Positions 35,979 through 50,189 of a stretch of 64,000 nt of DNA are shown here, piece by piece (the stretch's first letter is position 1; every line of letters starts with the position of its first letter). The stretch lies in NCBI RefSeq assembly GCF_030144855.1, contig NC_082718.1, forward strand, positions 95,790,001 to 95,854,000, given 5' to 3'. The position numbers and the translations under genes are program-made. Below the pieces are notes generated by a model. It saw nothing but the letters and a program-made list of their open reading frames with translations. It was not told the origin of the DNA and did no database searches. The DNA comes from Hypanus sabinus. Taxonomy: Eukaryota.

Positions 35979-37492
35979 CAATTGCTAGATAAAGTTTGTG
36001 AACCCTTTGCAATTAACTGGTTTTCTGTATTAATTACTCATAAAATCTGTTCTGATCTTCATCTAAGTCACAATAATAGATAAGCACAATCTGCCTAAAG
36101 TTTGTAGTACACACAAACATTGTACTACTTCTTGTCATTTCTGAGTACACCATTTAAACAATCACAGTCAAAAAGGTATGTGAACCTCTGAGGTAATGTC
36201 TTCTGCAAAAGCTAGTTGGAGTTAGATGTTCCAATCAATGAGGTGACCCTGGAGGTGTGGTGTTGTAGAGGTGTCCTGCCCTATTTATATAAAAAAACGC
36301 ACACAAAGTCAGGTTATTGACAGAGCCTGTTCTTCTCAAGGAAGATCTGTTTATGGGCACCATACCTCGATCAGAACAACTTTAAGAGGACCTTAGAAGA
36401 ATTGTAGAGATGCATGAAGTTGGAAGAGGCTACAAAAGCATTTCCAGACTTGAATGTTCATCAGTCCACAGTAGGAGAAATTGTCTACAAATGGAAGAAA
36501 TTCAGTACTGTTGCTGCTTTCTCTAGTGTGGGTGTTCTGCAAAGGTCACATCAAGAGCACAATGTGCAGTGCTGAAGGAGGTGAAAAAAACTGAAGTTTT
36601 ACAAGAAAAACACTGAAACCACTACTCTCCAAAAAAAGCATTGCTTCGTGTCTCAAGTTTGCAAAAGACCATCTAGATTTTCCCCAGCACTTGTGGACAA
36701 AGTTCTGTGGACAGCTGAGAGAAAAGTCAAACTTTTTCGTAGAAATGCATACTGCTATGTTCGAAGGAAAAAGTGCACTGCACACCAACACCAAAACCTT
36801 ATCCCAACTGTGGAGCATGGTGGAAGAAACATCATGGTTTGTGGCTGCTATGCTTCCTCAGAATCTGGATATCTGCAAATTTTGAGGGAACAATGTATTC
36901 AAAATTGTGTCAAGACATTTTACAGAATGTTAGGGTAGAGGTCCGTCACCTGAAGCCCAATAAAAGTTGAATGAGGTAACAAGACAATGATCTGAAACAC
37001 AAGAGTAAATCAACAACAGAATGGTTTAAAAAGAAGAAAATTATCCTTTGGAATGGCCAAGTAGGAGTCCAGATCTTAACCCAATTGTGATTCTTTGGCA
37101 TGTCCTGAAGAGGGCTGTTCATGTGAGGTATCCCAGAAATATTGATGAACTGAAACAGTTTTGTATGGAGAAATGTTTTAAAATTCCTCCACGCTGTTGT
37201 GCAAGTCTGATCAGCAGCTACAGGAAATGTTCGGTGGAGGTTATTGCTGCTAAAGGGGGTTCCATCAGTTATTAAATACAAGGGTTCACATTCTTTTTCT
37301 AGCCTGGACTGTGAATGATTAAATGACGTGCTCAATAAAGATGTGAAAAGTACAATTGTTTGTGTGTTGTTAGTTTAGGCAGATTGTGTTTTTCTATTAT
37401 TGTGACTTAGAAGAAGATTGGATGACATTTTATGAGTAATGAATGCAGAAAACCAGGTAATTGCAAAGGGTTCACAAACTTTCTTGCAACTG
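35979..37492 (+). mobile_element. Tc1-family DNA transposon with both TIRs and a decayed transposase (about 36354-37275)
   Basis: TA-flanked; long TIRs (aaagtttgtgaaccctttgcaatta / taattgcaaagggttcacaaacttt); KVLWT.E, QDND and WPSRSPDLNPI motifs with stops and frameshifts. Confidence 0.92.
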
Positions 37493-38066
37493 TACATACA
37501 CACACTCAAATATAAATGATATATACACATATATTCTACAATATGGATCTCTCTATATAAGAGAGTTTCAGTGTTCTGAAACTGCTAAAATTGAAACTTG
37601 CACTTTAAAGTTTAAGTGACTGAAACTACATGGATCAGTATATATTCTGCTAGCGAAATGGCTGTGACTTGCACGTGACCATTGGCAGACCTCATCAACA
37701 GTATAAAAAAATGGAACGTTTACACTCAGTGTCACTGGATTGTAGTCAGGAACAGAAACCTATGATTATTTTTCACATCTGCTGCAGTTGGACTGAGTAA
37801 AAAGGAAGGAATCTTATTGTAGTAATCCAACCAACATCATGTCATGTAGTGTTTTCAGTCCCAGATTCAAACAGGTCCTTGTAGTTTTCACCACTTAATA
37901 GAAAAATGTGATGAGTTTTTAAATCAAATTTCAAAGTGTGAGTCAAAGTATTAATTGATTTTAGCAGCTTCAGAACAATGAAAAGATCTTTTTTTAACAC
38001 TGATTCACCATTGATCATTTCAGAGACGTAAATGGGAAGTACAACACATTTTTGTTTCTTTTTTAG

Positions 38067-38143
38067 GGTCTTTGGAGGACTGGGACCTAGCTGTAGAAAA
38101 GACTGAGAGCAGAATCAATCAAGTAAATGAGTGGAGAGCCAAA
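38067..38143 (+). CDS. SART3: SART3 exon 14: SLEDWDLAVEKTESRINQVNEWRAK
   Basis: ag/gt boundaries, 77 nt. Confidence 0.94.
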
Positions 38144-39160
38144 GTAAGTGCTTGGTGTTTCTTGGCAGCATGAGTATCTTTAGTAATACTGCCAGAGGCT
38201 CTTCCATGCACATTGGGATGCCTTTTGCAGCTTTGGTCATTACCGAGGGAGATGCTCTGTAAAAATTGATTGTCATTTTATATTCAGGGAGGCTAGCAGG
38301 TGATAACAGCTGAAGGTGTGTGTTGCTGCCTTGGAATGACTTGCTTTCTGAATTCTCTTATAGTGTAGAATCTCCATTACTGGAGACTAGAATTAAGCAC
38401 TGATAGCAATTTGTGCCCCTAGATCTGTTGTGTTACAAATCTGATGTTGAGCAAAGCACCTAAAATATGCCATAAAGGGATAATACATAACATGGAAATT
38501 GACTCTCCACTCAACAGTGAATCGGAAGGAAGTTTTAATTTTTTCGTCACTACTGTGAAGAACAATTGTTTTAAATTTTTGATCATTGCAATTCTAGTAA
38601 AGCATCATGCTGGGAGACTTTGTGCTAAATAATTTTAATTGCTCAAAGAGAATGAAAATGTCAGTATTATAAAATACATGCAAACAAATATTTTGTGAAT
38701 GCAGTAGAACTGAAATTAATTTAGAAAATATTGGTAAGGGAATTATTTAATCATGGTGTGGACATATATCAGCATTGTGTTATGATATATATGTGTCCGT
38801 TACATAAATCAAACTCCAGTCCCTCCCAGAACGACAATGGACCTTACCGTTTTATAAACAAAACCAAGGGAACAACCCAGCCTCAACATAACCTTTATCA
38901 TCTGGAACATTGAATGCCTCTATTTTAACAATTGATTTTAGTCATGAATAAGAATACTTGTGTTATATTTAGGTGCGTGGCAGCAGCTTTGTGAAATTAG
39001 ACGTGATCATGTACTTTGTATTAAACTTTGTTGATACTTCTCAGTTTAACTTTACTGAGCTTCAAAGATTACCTTTAAATACTATAGAAAGAAATAAACT
39101 CCTATGTGGAATTGAGGCTTTTAAGAAGTAGCTTTAAATTGTTTCATTTTTTCTCCCCAG

Positions 39161-39308
39161 GCTGCAGAGAAAGAAGCCCTGCTGACAAAGCAGGAAGAGC
39201 AAAGGAGGAAAACCAAATCTGAAAAGAAGGCTGCCAAAAAGGCCCAGAAACAGGCAGTACCTGGAGAAAAACGCAAAGCAGATAAGGAGGACTGGGAAGC
39301 AAAGCTAG
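39161..39308 (+). CDS. SART3: SART3 exon 15, basic NLS region: AAEKEALLTKQEEQRRKTKSEKKAAKK...EKRKAD
   Basis: ag/gt boundaries, 148 nt. Confidence 0.93.
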
Positions 39309-42300
39309 GTGAGAAAATTTGACTCCGTAGTTACAAAATGAGCACTATTCTGTATGTACCAACATCTTATAGATGTGAAATCCAGTAGTGAGACAAATGA
39401 TTGACTAAGATTTGTTTAAGAACTTTTTTTATTTGGCAATGAAATGATTTTAAGCGTCTGTTCCACAGTCTTATAAAAATATTCTAAATATATAGTTAAA
39501 ATCTAAAAAATAGTTCAAAATTGCTGTTTAAAAACCTCAAAGAAGATTCCTTTGCTTTCAATATTACAATAAGTAGCAATAATTTTGCAGTTTCCGTAAT
39601 CAGAAGCATATCTGCTGTAGGACAGAATTCATTGATTCTGTTTTGGCATTCAGTTTTCAATCATTGTACTGAGAAATTTAGAGCAGACTAGTTGCACGAG
39701 ACCTGGTTGGAGCAAGACTTTCCTGTTTCTGATACATGTTTATTTGCAGAGACATATATCAAAATATTTAAATTAATTAATTTAATTTAATTAATACCAG
39801 CTTTCCTTGCGGATGGTTTACGTCAAGGTGGAGAATGCATTGGTTTGAAACAGTAGGTTCATTGTACCTATACCCTACTTTCTGAAGTATTCTTTCAAGA
39901 GGTCTGAAAAAGGATGGGTAGAACGTAGAACAGTACAACGCAAGAGCGGGCCCTTCAGCTCACAATGTTGTGCTAAATTAATTAAACTAGTAATTTAATG
40001 CTTAACTAACCTAATCTCTTCTGATGTGGGATATGTCCATATCCCTCCATTCTCTTTACATACATGTGCCATCTAAGAGCCTATTGAACGCCACTATCAT
40101 AACTTGCCTCACACATCCCCTTTGAACTTGATCATGCCCTCTAGTATTAGACATTTTGATCTTGGAAGGAAAAGATGCTGGCTATTTATCAATGCCATTT
40201 TTATTCCACATTTTCTAGGAGTATTACTGGTTAGGTACATTGGATTAAAGTTGATCTCAAGTAAATTAGATATGGACTTCAAAGTAAAGAGAGCTTTATT
40301 CCTGATATTGTGGGAAGTGGAACCTCTTAACAGTGGGTTTTGAACTCCCGATAGTACAGAGAGTATGGCTCCTTTTGTGCATGTACAAATCAAATGCAAA
40401 AGCTGTTTGATTAACCTTGTGAATTGGAAAAGATATGCTAGGTTCACGTGCGTTTCTCTTGTGATAAACTATACCCATAGCATCAGCCAAAAATTAAAAA
40501 TTCAGTCCTGTCTACAACTTTGTGCTGAACAGTTTGAATCATATCCTTGAGCCTAATTCTTACAAGATAAGCAACTGCAAGTATTTATTCTCAGAATCGT
40601 CCCTGCTGAAACCCAAGGCCAAATCTATAAAAAACTAAGCTGCAAACTGGTTTCCATACTCAAAAAAGCCAATATTAACTCTTTGTCTAATCTTTAACTC
40701 TCAATATGTTGCTCCACAGCCCACTGTGTAACCCTTTTATTTTCTCTTGTCTAAGTTGACTATTACAATACATTCCTGGTTGGTGCCCATTCCTCTCTCT
40801 GCAGAAACTGGAACTCATCCAAAACATGATTGCCTGCTGCATCAAATCCTATTGATCTGTCACCTCTGAGATCACTGACTGATGTTAAGTTTTAATTTAC
40901 CAAATACTCATCATGGCCAATGTTCCCTCTAATTTGTAATGACTAGTGTTCTGTGCAACTTTTTGCCCAGTCACAACATGTGCACGCTGAATAATGTCTT
41001 CAATAAAAACAATATAAATAAGCCAGTTCTAAAATCTGCAGACAAATTATTGCAAACTCCAGGTTGTCAACACCGTCTGCATCAGAAGCCAGGGAAGGAA
41101 ATGTGATTGTGTACAATGGTTAAATATAGTTAACCTGCCAACCTTTTGTGCGCAGTAAGTTCCTTTGTGCTCATGCACACCTTAGAGGGATCATAGCTCA
41201 TTGCTGGCTTAAATCCTTCCATGGACTTACAGTTGTTCTAGCCTTACAAACCTCTTCCAGATGTGTCTCCCTTCCTTCTTTCCATTTGCCTGACTCTTGT
41301 GCTTTGAACTTACTTAACTAAATTCTTTAGTATCTCGTCTTTCTTTTTACAATTTATCTTAAAATTCACTATTTCAATGTTTTTATTTTTATTTTAGTTC
41401 ATTTTATTTGCCTGCACTTGGCCCAAATCCTTCTCAACCTTTCCAATTCATGAACCTGTTGAAATGTCTTTTAAATATCGCAACCTTGGGTCCCTTTAAA
41501 ATCTGTCTTGTGCTGTCTAGGTTTAGACTTCCCTACCCTGGGACAAAGACTGCATGATTTTGTGTACGTAATATCTGTAATTGTGTAATATCTCTTTGGC
41601 CTCCTGTCTCCGGGGTGGTGTGGGGGGGGGGAACGACATCTTAGTTTCTCCTTCTTCTATCTTTACTGCACCCTTTCCAATGTAATGTGACAACTTTCTA
41701 TAGTTGGGCACCCTAAACTGCACACAATACTCCTAGTGTTGTCTCTCCAATGACTGGTACAATAGCAACATGATGTCCCAACGTGACGGCCGATGAAGGC
41801 AAGTGTGCCATACACTTTCTTTATCACCCTGTCTTTGCTTTCAGTGAGTTATATACCTGTTCTCTTAGGTCTCTCTGTTCCACAACACTCTCCAGGTGCC
41901 TGACATTTTTTTTCCAGGCACTGTCCTGATTAACTTACCAACGTGCTTGTAAGTTAAGATATTAAATCAGTTGTCCTGCAGGGGTGGAGTGTTGGGGTTT
42001 TAGGATATATGGAGGATATCCTGTGGATTTGAGATGACCTTCTGATCTTCTTAAAATTATTATATTATCCTGGCCAACACTCATCTTTCCATCAACCCCA
42101 CCAAATCATGTTGACTGGCCTTATTGTCTTTGGCATCTGTGGAGTCTTGTTTATACTTATTAGCTGGAGTTCTTTTTTACATATAGATAGGCAACTGCTT
42201 CAAAATTCTCTTTGAATTGTCACCCAGATTATGAAATTTAATAGATATTCATTCTTATGCCCAAGAAATTGCTCAAAATATGCCAGCTGTGTCTAATCTT

Positions 42301-42359
42301 AAAAAGAAAATTTGTGGCAGAGTGCTGCTCTGAATTTTGATTCACCACACATTGCCAAA

Positions 42360-42605
42360 ACTTTAGTGGTCAGCACAACGCTTTGCAGTACCAACGACCT
42401 GGGTTCAATTCCCACTGCTGGCTTTAAGGAGTTTGTACATTCTCCCTGTGACCACATGGGTTCCCTCCAGGTGCTCTGGTTTCCTTCCACAGTCCAAAGA
42501 CCGTTGGTAGGTAATAACTGATCATTGTGAATTGTCCCATGATTAGATTAGGATTAAATAAGGGTGACAGAAAGGCCTATTCCACGCTGTAATACAATCA
42601 ATAAA
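42360..42605 (+). mobile_element. V-SINE (HE1-like) tRNA-derived SINE
   Basis: agtggtcagcac..gggttcaattccc..ggagtttgtacattctccctgtgacc..ccaggtgctctggtttccttccacagtccaaagac; decayed relatives at about 14075-14400, 46985-47250 and 60015-60100. Confidence 0.7.
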
Positions 42606-42733
42606 TAAATACTTTCTTATTATGATCTTCCCTTTTATGTTCCATCACAATACTCAATTCCTTGTGTTAGTATTAATGGATTGCTCTGCAGTCTTGGGGC
42701 AGTAATTCACGTCTTCTAGGTCCTGTTTTTAAG

Positions 42734-43412
42734 ACATAGGAGCAGAATTAGGCCACTCAGCCCATCGAGTCTACTCCGCCATTTCATCATAGCTGATCCC
42801 AGATCCCATTCAATCCCATACACCTGCCCTCTCACCATATCCCTTGATGCCCCAAGCAATCAGGAAACTACCAACTTCTGCTTTAAATATACCCACTGAC
42901 TTGACCTCCACTGCAGTCTGGCAGAGCATTCCACAGATTCATCACCCTGTGGCTAAAAAAAATTCCTCCTTATGTCTTTTCTAAGAGGTTGCCTTTCAAT
43001 TTTGAGGCTGTGCCCTCTAGTTCTGGATACCCCACCTGAGGGAACATCCTCTCCACAGCCACCTTATCTAGTCCTTTAAACAGTCTGTAAGTTTCAATGA
43101 GATTCCCACATATACTTCTAAATTCCAGTGAGTACAGGCCCAAAGCTGCCAAGTGCTCCTCACATGTTAACCCCTTCATTCCTGCAGTCATCCTTGTGAA
43201 CCTCTTCTGGACTTTCTCCAATGATAAGGGGCTCAGAACTGTTGACAGTACTCACAAGTGCGGCCTAACCAGTGTATTCAGATTATCTTTGTTTTATATT
43301 CTATTCCACTTGAAATAAATGCCAACTTTGCATTTGTCTTCTTTACCACAGACTCAATCTGTGAACTAACCTTCTGGGAGTCTTGCACCAGGACTCCTAA
43401 GTTCCTCTGCAC
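42734..43412 (-). mobile_element. CR1 LINE 3' fragment
   Basis: EKVQKRFTRMTAGMKGL..EEHLAALGLYSLEFR..GNLIETYR. Confidence 0.85.
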
Positions 43413-43909
43413 CTGTCAATAAAGTTACTTCTTGTCACTGAACACTGGAGATTTAGAAAGTGAACAGTAAAGTTTAAATGATATTCCCATAAGTAAATTG
43501 TTCCTGGAGTTACTTAAATTTTAACTTGTTTCATAACTTTTTCTCTTTTACTCTCATCGAGATTTCCTTTCTTCTCCTGGGCTCCCTTTCTCTTTATCCT
43601 GCACATTATTATGGCTATGTATCACATTTATGAGGTTTTGATGTTGCCAATATCAGTTCATAGCAGCAGGAAAATAAAATAGTCTGAATGAAGAATGAGA
43701 ATACTAACTCATGGCACTTGGGAAACAGACTTACTTTGTGGTTATGCACTCCTTTGTGACTTGCCACTTTTTAAGATGAGAGCATCCAGTAACTGGTATT
43801 TAGTATCCCCTTTGTCAAGATTGTATGAACAGTGATAGGAAAGAGGTGCACTGGGAGTGGAAGTGGGCTTTGATAAACCTAGAAAAAAAGGACAAACTGA
43901 TTTATAGAG

Positions 43910-44272
43910 ATACAAGAAACTGCAAATGCTGGAAAGCAGCAACACCCAAAGGAGATGGAGGAGCAACACACACAAAACGCCGGAGGAACTCAACAGGTCA
44001 GGAGGTATCTATGGGGGAAAAAGTACAGTCGATGTTTCAGGCCTCCAGCATTTTGTGAGTGTTGCTCAGCTTTCTAGCATTCTCTTGAAGGTGATGGAGG
44101 AACTCAGCTGGTCATAAGCAGCACCTATGGAGGAAAATAGAGTCAACATTTTGGATTGAGATCCTTCACCTAGACTGCTTAGAAGGGCCATGACCCAAAA
44201 TGTCAACTGTGTACTTCCCTCCATAGATGATGCCTGGCCCGCTGAGTTTCTCCATTTTGTGTGTTGCTCTTG
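43910..44272. mobile_element. Cluster of Penelope pLTR fragments in inverted pairs
   Basis: caacacacacaaaacgccggaggaactcaacaggtcagg.. and the inverted ..gatgatgcctggcccgctgagtttctccattttgtgtgttgct. Confidence 0.65.
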
Positions 44273-45262
44273 CATTTCTTAAATGGTTTCCACAATTTCA
44301 GGTGATTCTACTGTAGCCCGCAGCTACACTTTTGAGGTAATCTTACGTTTGGAAAGTCCTTGGGTGTTGTAGGTTTTCTGGAGGAAAAAAAAAGATGCTA
44401 TGATATACAGACAAGTAAGCAATGGTTCTGCATCACTGTCGGGGTCTTTGATAATTGCTCGATTAGAATGGCTGGTGTGAGTATCAGAAAATCAGTTTAT
44501 GGTGATAAGTTTTATATATAAATTGTCCGAAGTCTTCAAAAAAACATTTATTTTTGAATTAATTCCAATTATGAATGCTTATTTTCCCTTCTGCCAAACT
44601 CTGGTCATTGTGTGGTTTTGATCTTTTGAAAACCTTACTCTAGGCATTTGAAATTAAATAAAAATGAGTGATTTTGAATTATTTAGTTGGTTCAGTATGT
44701 TAATAGATTCTCTTGACCAATTATTAGTTTTTGTAATTTCTCACTGATTTCTAGCAGCTGTTGCTATTTCTAATTCATATTGCCTGACATGAAATTCTGA
44801 ATTGATGCTGGATGATTTTACAAAATTTTGCAGCATAGCTATAGTTGAAGCCAAATTTCAATGTGATACATCTGTTTCCTAAGTGTAACCACAAACAAAA
44901 ATGAAAAGAAAAATGTACAGTACAGAAAATGGGAAAATAGTTTGAAATTTTTCTGTATTTAAAAAAAATCCTAACCCTTTTTATCAGGTTGAGAACTCAG
45001 TTTATTCTGAAAGCAAGTGTTTCTTGCCTTCAGAATCCCAGATGACTGTCATATTTACCAATCCTTTCATCACTATTACTGATGGAAGACACATGGAGGC
45101 CTAAGCTGCTGTGCTATCACGTAAAGTAAGTAAGGTCAAAACTACAGAGTTTTACAGGTGCCTCTGTTGCTTTAGTTTTCTTCGTATGCTCCTGCTCCTC
45201 TTAAGGTGAGAAGATGAGATTTTTATGATAGAGATTTCTAATGATTGCTTGTTGAATTTCAG

Positions 45263-45705
45263 ACAAACCAAATAAAAAGCCTCGACATGGGGAACAGGAG
45301 GAAACTGAGGAGGCTCTTTCATTAGAAGTCGGCCTGTTTGGGCGAGAAAGCAACGTAAAATCTGTAGAAACTCCAGCACAACAAAAGCAGAAGGCATTTG
45401 CTGCCACAAGGAACAAAGTTCTTCATGACAATAGCAAGGATGACCTCACTGTGTTTGTCAGCAATCTTGCTTTCTCAATGCCTAGCCCTGAGGAGAGGAT
45501 GAAGGAGATATTTGAAAGCTTTGGCCAGATCGCAGACATTCGTCCTGTTTACAGCAACAGGGGACACTTTCGAGGATATTGTTACGTAGAATTTAAAGAA
45601 AAAGCGGCGGCTGCAAATGCCCTAGCAGTAGACCGCCGGGAACTGGAGGGCCGGCCAATGTTTGTTTCACCCTGTGTTGACAAGGCAAAGAATCCAGAAT
45701 TTAAG
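45263..45705 (+). CDS. SART3: SART3 exon 16 (linker and RRM1: TVFVSNLAF...RGYCYVEF)
   Basis: RNP2 and RNP1 motifs; ag/gt boundaries; 443 nt. Confidence 0.95.
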
Positions 45706-45954
45706 GTAGCAGTTTTGGTATCCATTTGTATTAAGGTCAAAACTCTGTTTAAACAAAGAGAATGACATACATTTCTGGTATGTTTTTGAATTCAAGCCTT
45801 TCTGCAGTGTTTCATTCATTTCTGTCACAAATCTTTTTCTGTTTCCAAATGAGATAATTGGCACCATGGAAAGCAACAGTAAGAGTCTAGACAGAACATC
45901 CTAAAGGAATTAATTTTTCCACATTATTAAGCCTTGCTATTTCTCACTTTCCAG

Positions 45955-46107
45955 GTATTTAAGTACAGCACCAGTTTGGAGAAACACAAGATTTTTATAT
46001 CAGGTTTGCCTTTCTCCTGCACTAGAGAGGATCTGGAGGAGATCTGCAAAGAACATGGAAATCTGAAGGAGATTCGTCTCGTCACTAATCGCTCTGGAAA
46101 GCCAAAG
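45955..46107 (+). CDS. SART3: SART3 exon 17 (RRM2 N-half: KIFISGLPF...NRSGKPK)
   Basis: ag/gt boundaries, 153 nt. Confidence 0.96.
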
Positions 46108-46302
46108 GTACCAACTTTGGGACAGTTGTTTATTGAGATGGTAGTGTGCCGTGCTCATCTGTGAAGCAAGAATATTCCTTGAGCTTAGGCAAGATTTGAG
46201 AATTTTCAGTACTTCGTCTAAAATTCACAAATAGCATATAAGAAAATGCCTTTCCATTTCCTTGCCAGATCTTACACACTTTTCACTGGCTTTGAGAACT
46301 TT

Positions 46303-46700
46303 CATAGAACATAGAACAGTACAGCACATTACTGGCTCGTCGGCCCACAATGTTGTGCCGACCCTCAAACCCTGCCTCCCATATAACCCCCCTCCTTAAA
46401 TTCCTCCATATACCTGTCTAGTAGTCTCTTAAACTTCACTAATGTATCTGCCTGCACCACTGACTCAGGCAGTGCATTCCATGCACCAACCACTCTGAGT
46501 GAAAAACCTTCCTCTAATATCCTCCTTGAACTTCCCTCCCCTTACCTTAAAGCCATTTCCTCTTGTACTGAGCAGTGGTGCCTTGGGGAAGAGGTGCTGG
46601 CTGTCCACTCTGTCTATTCCTCTTAATATCTTGTACACCGTGGCTCCTCTCATCCTCCTCTCCAAAGAGTAAAGCCCTAGCTCCCTTAATCTCTGATCAT
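46303..46700 (-). mobile_element. CR1 LINE 3' end
   Basis: (catagaa)n tail; RLRELGLYSLERR..VYKILRGIDRVD. Confidence 0.8.
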
Positions 46701-47339
46701 AGTTCTGTATTGAGAGATAAAAGACTTGAGGTTTCAATACTGAATTCAGAGGAAGTCAGCTCCTTCCATTTTATTTAGACAATTACTGGAACTTTGTATT
46801 GAAAGTATGGTACAGCCAAATTTCTGGGAAAGAAGTGCATGTCCCACTGTAGTTCTGGATAGCCATCAATTAGAAGAACAGTTGAATCATTTAGCTTTGA
46901 CCAATTTCTCTGATGCTGTCTTGCATGTCATATTTCAGTCTCTTTCACAATTACCATTCACTTAGAGCAAATATAGGATGGGGGGAGTCGTGCAGCTAGT
47001 AGAGTCTCTGCTGTAGTGCCAGAGACAGCACCCAGATCTGTGTGGAATTTGCCTACTCTCCCTGTGAAATCTGCCACATCCCAGTGATATGCTCGTTGGT
47101 AGGTAAATTGGCTACTGTAAATTGTCCCTAATGTGATGGAAATTTTGGAATGATTAAAGAGAGGATTAATGTGATATTAATATAAATGAGTGGTTGATAA
47201 TCAGTACAGACTCGAGGGCTGAAGAGCCTGTTACTGCACCTCATGACTAAAATATCAGCATCTTGTAAACAACAAATGATAACTAATTAGTGAGTTCCTG
47301 GAAAGTGGCATTTCATTAAACATGTAAATAAAATGAATA

Positions 47340-47805
47340 TTCTATAGATAAATACATCAGGTAGCATCTATGAAGAATTGATGCTTAGGTCAAAGATGGA
47401 CCCAAAAAGCAAAGGCTGTTATCTGAAATTGCTGAACTCGCTGTCGATCCCTTAGGGCTGTAATATCCCTGTATAGATGCTCTTCCTTGACACTCAGTTG
47501 TAAGGATCACTGCACTCCCAATTCTCCATCAAAGTCCAACTCTAACCTCTCTGTCTTTAGCCTTTGCACTCTTCCTATGAAGCACAAAATAATCTTAATC
47601 TATAGCACTCAATCTTACGTCAGGTATTTTATGGCCCTTGGGGCTCAATGCTGAATTCAGCAATTTCAGATAATTAGCCTTTCCTAATGATGTCAAAAAA
47701 GAAAGTAGACAATGTAAACTTAACTCCATTTTCCATTTTCCCTCCGTGACTCCTGCCTGACCTATTGGGTATTTACAGCATTTTCTTTTATTTTAGATTT
47801 CAGCA
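47340..47805. mobile_element. Old palindromic Penelope remnant
   Basis: aggctgttatctgaaattgctgaactc (about 47413) is inverted against gctgaattcagcaatttcagataattagcct (about 47650-47681); this matches the GIY-YIG terminus (..EFSNFR*). Confidence 0.5.
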
Positions 47806-48260
47806 ACTATGGTGTTTTATATTTTGCCATTTCAGCATTGCTTTCCATTTCTTCCTCTGTCTTCATTTTTAAAAATGTATTTCTCTAGAAAGATTAGCTG
47901 TATCTATCAAGTCTTCAGCACACTCTCTCTACTTGCTTTGCAAGCTTTAGTATAATCTAGTCTTAAACCTGGATTGCCAGGAACAAGTAACTAATCTTTA
48001 AACACAGTAATTTTCCTCTAGGGAGCAGAAAGATGAAACACAAAATGAAAAATTCCACATTATTAATCTTACCAGTGTGAACAAAGTCAATGTAGAGGGT
48101 CTGTGAGGTCATTTTTGTCACCTTGATAATTGCTAGATATTAATATTTCAGCAACTATGTGTTAGTTGATGTATTATGAACTCAAAAGCGAATTAGTTTC
48201 TACTGTTATTTACTTTGAGATTTCTTGAGATTAAGTGAAATTTGAATCTTTTTATTTCAG

Positions 48261-48448
48261 GGTCTGGCATACGTTGAATTTGAAAATGAAACGCAAGCCT
48301 CTCAGGCAGTCCTTAAATTGGATGGAACCGTAGTGAAGGACCACACGATCAGAGTGGCCATCAGTAATCCTCCACAGAGAAAGCAGGCTCCTCACGTTGA
48401 AGCTGGCAGAGCTTCGGGCTCATTGCTTCCTCGGCAGTTATATGGAGC
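48261..48448 (+). CDS. SART3: SART3 exon 18 (RRM2 C-half: GLAYVEF...IRVAISNPP)
   Basis: ag/gt boundaries, 188 nt. Confidence 0.96.
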
Positions 48449-49049
48449 GTAAGTGTTAAAATGGTGAAAAAAGATTCAGTCAGATTGCGAGATGAGAAAA
48501 TTATTTGTGGTCTAGTTTTCTAGATATTCATATGAATATTGTATAATTTAATTTAGGCTCCTTTTTGTCATATATTGTTTCATTTACTCTTTCCTTTGAT
48601 TTGCCAGACTTGCATATTGGAATAGATATCCATCCATTTGAGTGGCTTTATTGAGGGTCATGTATCTTTTCTTGTATTGAATGTGATGGAGCCTTTATGT
48701 AGTTAGTAATGGTGATGTCTTGATGGTCAGATTCTATTTTACATGTCTGAGGTGTACCTGTTAATTACTAGAGAGAATTTTGATTTGCTTTCATAGAAAT
48801 AGCTCATCCTTAGAGTGCGGTTCATTAATTCATGGGTGATTTGTGCATTAGTTCGATCTTCCTCAATTCTCTTAAAAGCATCAATTTTGACTCTTTCAAT
48901 TGCTGTACACTCAACAACTGGAAGCGGAAGACTGTATTTCTGTTGTTTACTGTAATTGGCTAGTTCTAACTTCCAGGTTATTGGCTCTCTTGTATAGATG
49001 TTTGATTGTTGGATGGCCATTTGTAAAATAATGATCAGGAGGTATTAGT

Positions 49050-50050
49050 CATAGAGTGGCACAGCACAAGAACAGGCCCTTCAGCTTAATGAGGCCATGA
49101 CGCCTACCCATCTAGTCCCAGTTGCCTGTGGTGGGTTGCTGGGCAGCGTTGTTAGTTCCCACTATCTGTTAAATAAAATATTCAAGTGTTTCTTAAATAA
49201 TCCTATTGTACCTGTTTCAACCACTTCCTCCATTAACTCATTCTATATACTCCTCGTCCTTTGTGGGGCAAAAGTTTTCCCTCGAGTCCCCTCTCACCCA
49301 ATGTGTATGCTCTTTAGCTTCTGGACTGCTATCATCCATCTCATGATTTTATAAACTTAAGGTCTCCCCCCCCTTTATTCTATATTCCAGGGAATAAAGA
49401 CCCACTCTGGCCAACCTCTCCCTATAATTAAGGGCCTGTGGTACTGGCAATATTCTCAAATCTTTTTTGCAGTCTTTCCATGTTAATTACTACTTTTTTG
49501 AAAAAGGATTACCAAAACTGTACCGTTATCCAAGTGTGGCCTCACCAACTGCAGCGTAATGTTTCAGCTCCTACACTCAGTGCTCTGACTGATGAAAGCC
49601 AATGTGCCAAATGCCCTCTTCACCACCATTTACCTGTGACACCATTACACCACTTTCTATGATCCCCCTTTTCCATTTCATTCTTTATGCCATGGACCCC
49701 TACTATTAACTGAGGGTCTGTGGATTCCAGGTCAGAAACCTCTGCAGTGCCTTCCCAATTCATATTGCGTCATCTCCCACTTATTTGTTTGGCATTCCTT
49801 CACCAACTTCCCCAACAGATCAAGATCCCTGTGCAAACCATAACCTCCTAATTTCCTGTCATCTGTAAGTCTTATCACTTAGTTGAATGTGTGTCCAAAC
49901 ACTGACCCCACTAGTCAGCCGCCTCCAATCAGAGAAACAACCTTCAACCACCACCCTCTGTTTCCTACTCTGGAGCCAATTTTGAACCCACCAAACTCAT
50001 TCTCTCTGGATTCCATGAGTCCTAACCTTACAAACGAGTCTACTGTGTGA
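49050..50050 (-). mobile_element. Degenerate CR1 LINE fragment
   Basis: agtcatagagt..cacagcacaagaacaggcccttcagc tail and decayed RT-like sequence. Confidence 0.55.
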
Positions 50051-50138
50051 ATAGGTATTATTTATAAATTACATTTAATTGGTGAGATGATGTATCATGG
50101 GGAAGCTGCAGTTAGCTGTTGCTTGGGATGGTTTAGAG

Positions 50139-50189
50139 CAGGGGTTCCCAACCAGTTTTATGCTGTGGACCCCAGGTTGGGGATCCCTG
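50139..50189. mobile_element. 51-bp hAT/Charlie-type MITE
   Basis: TIRs caggggttcccaacc / ggttggggatccctg; 8-bp TSD-like flanks gtttagag / atttagaa. Confidence 0.65.
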
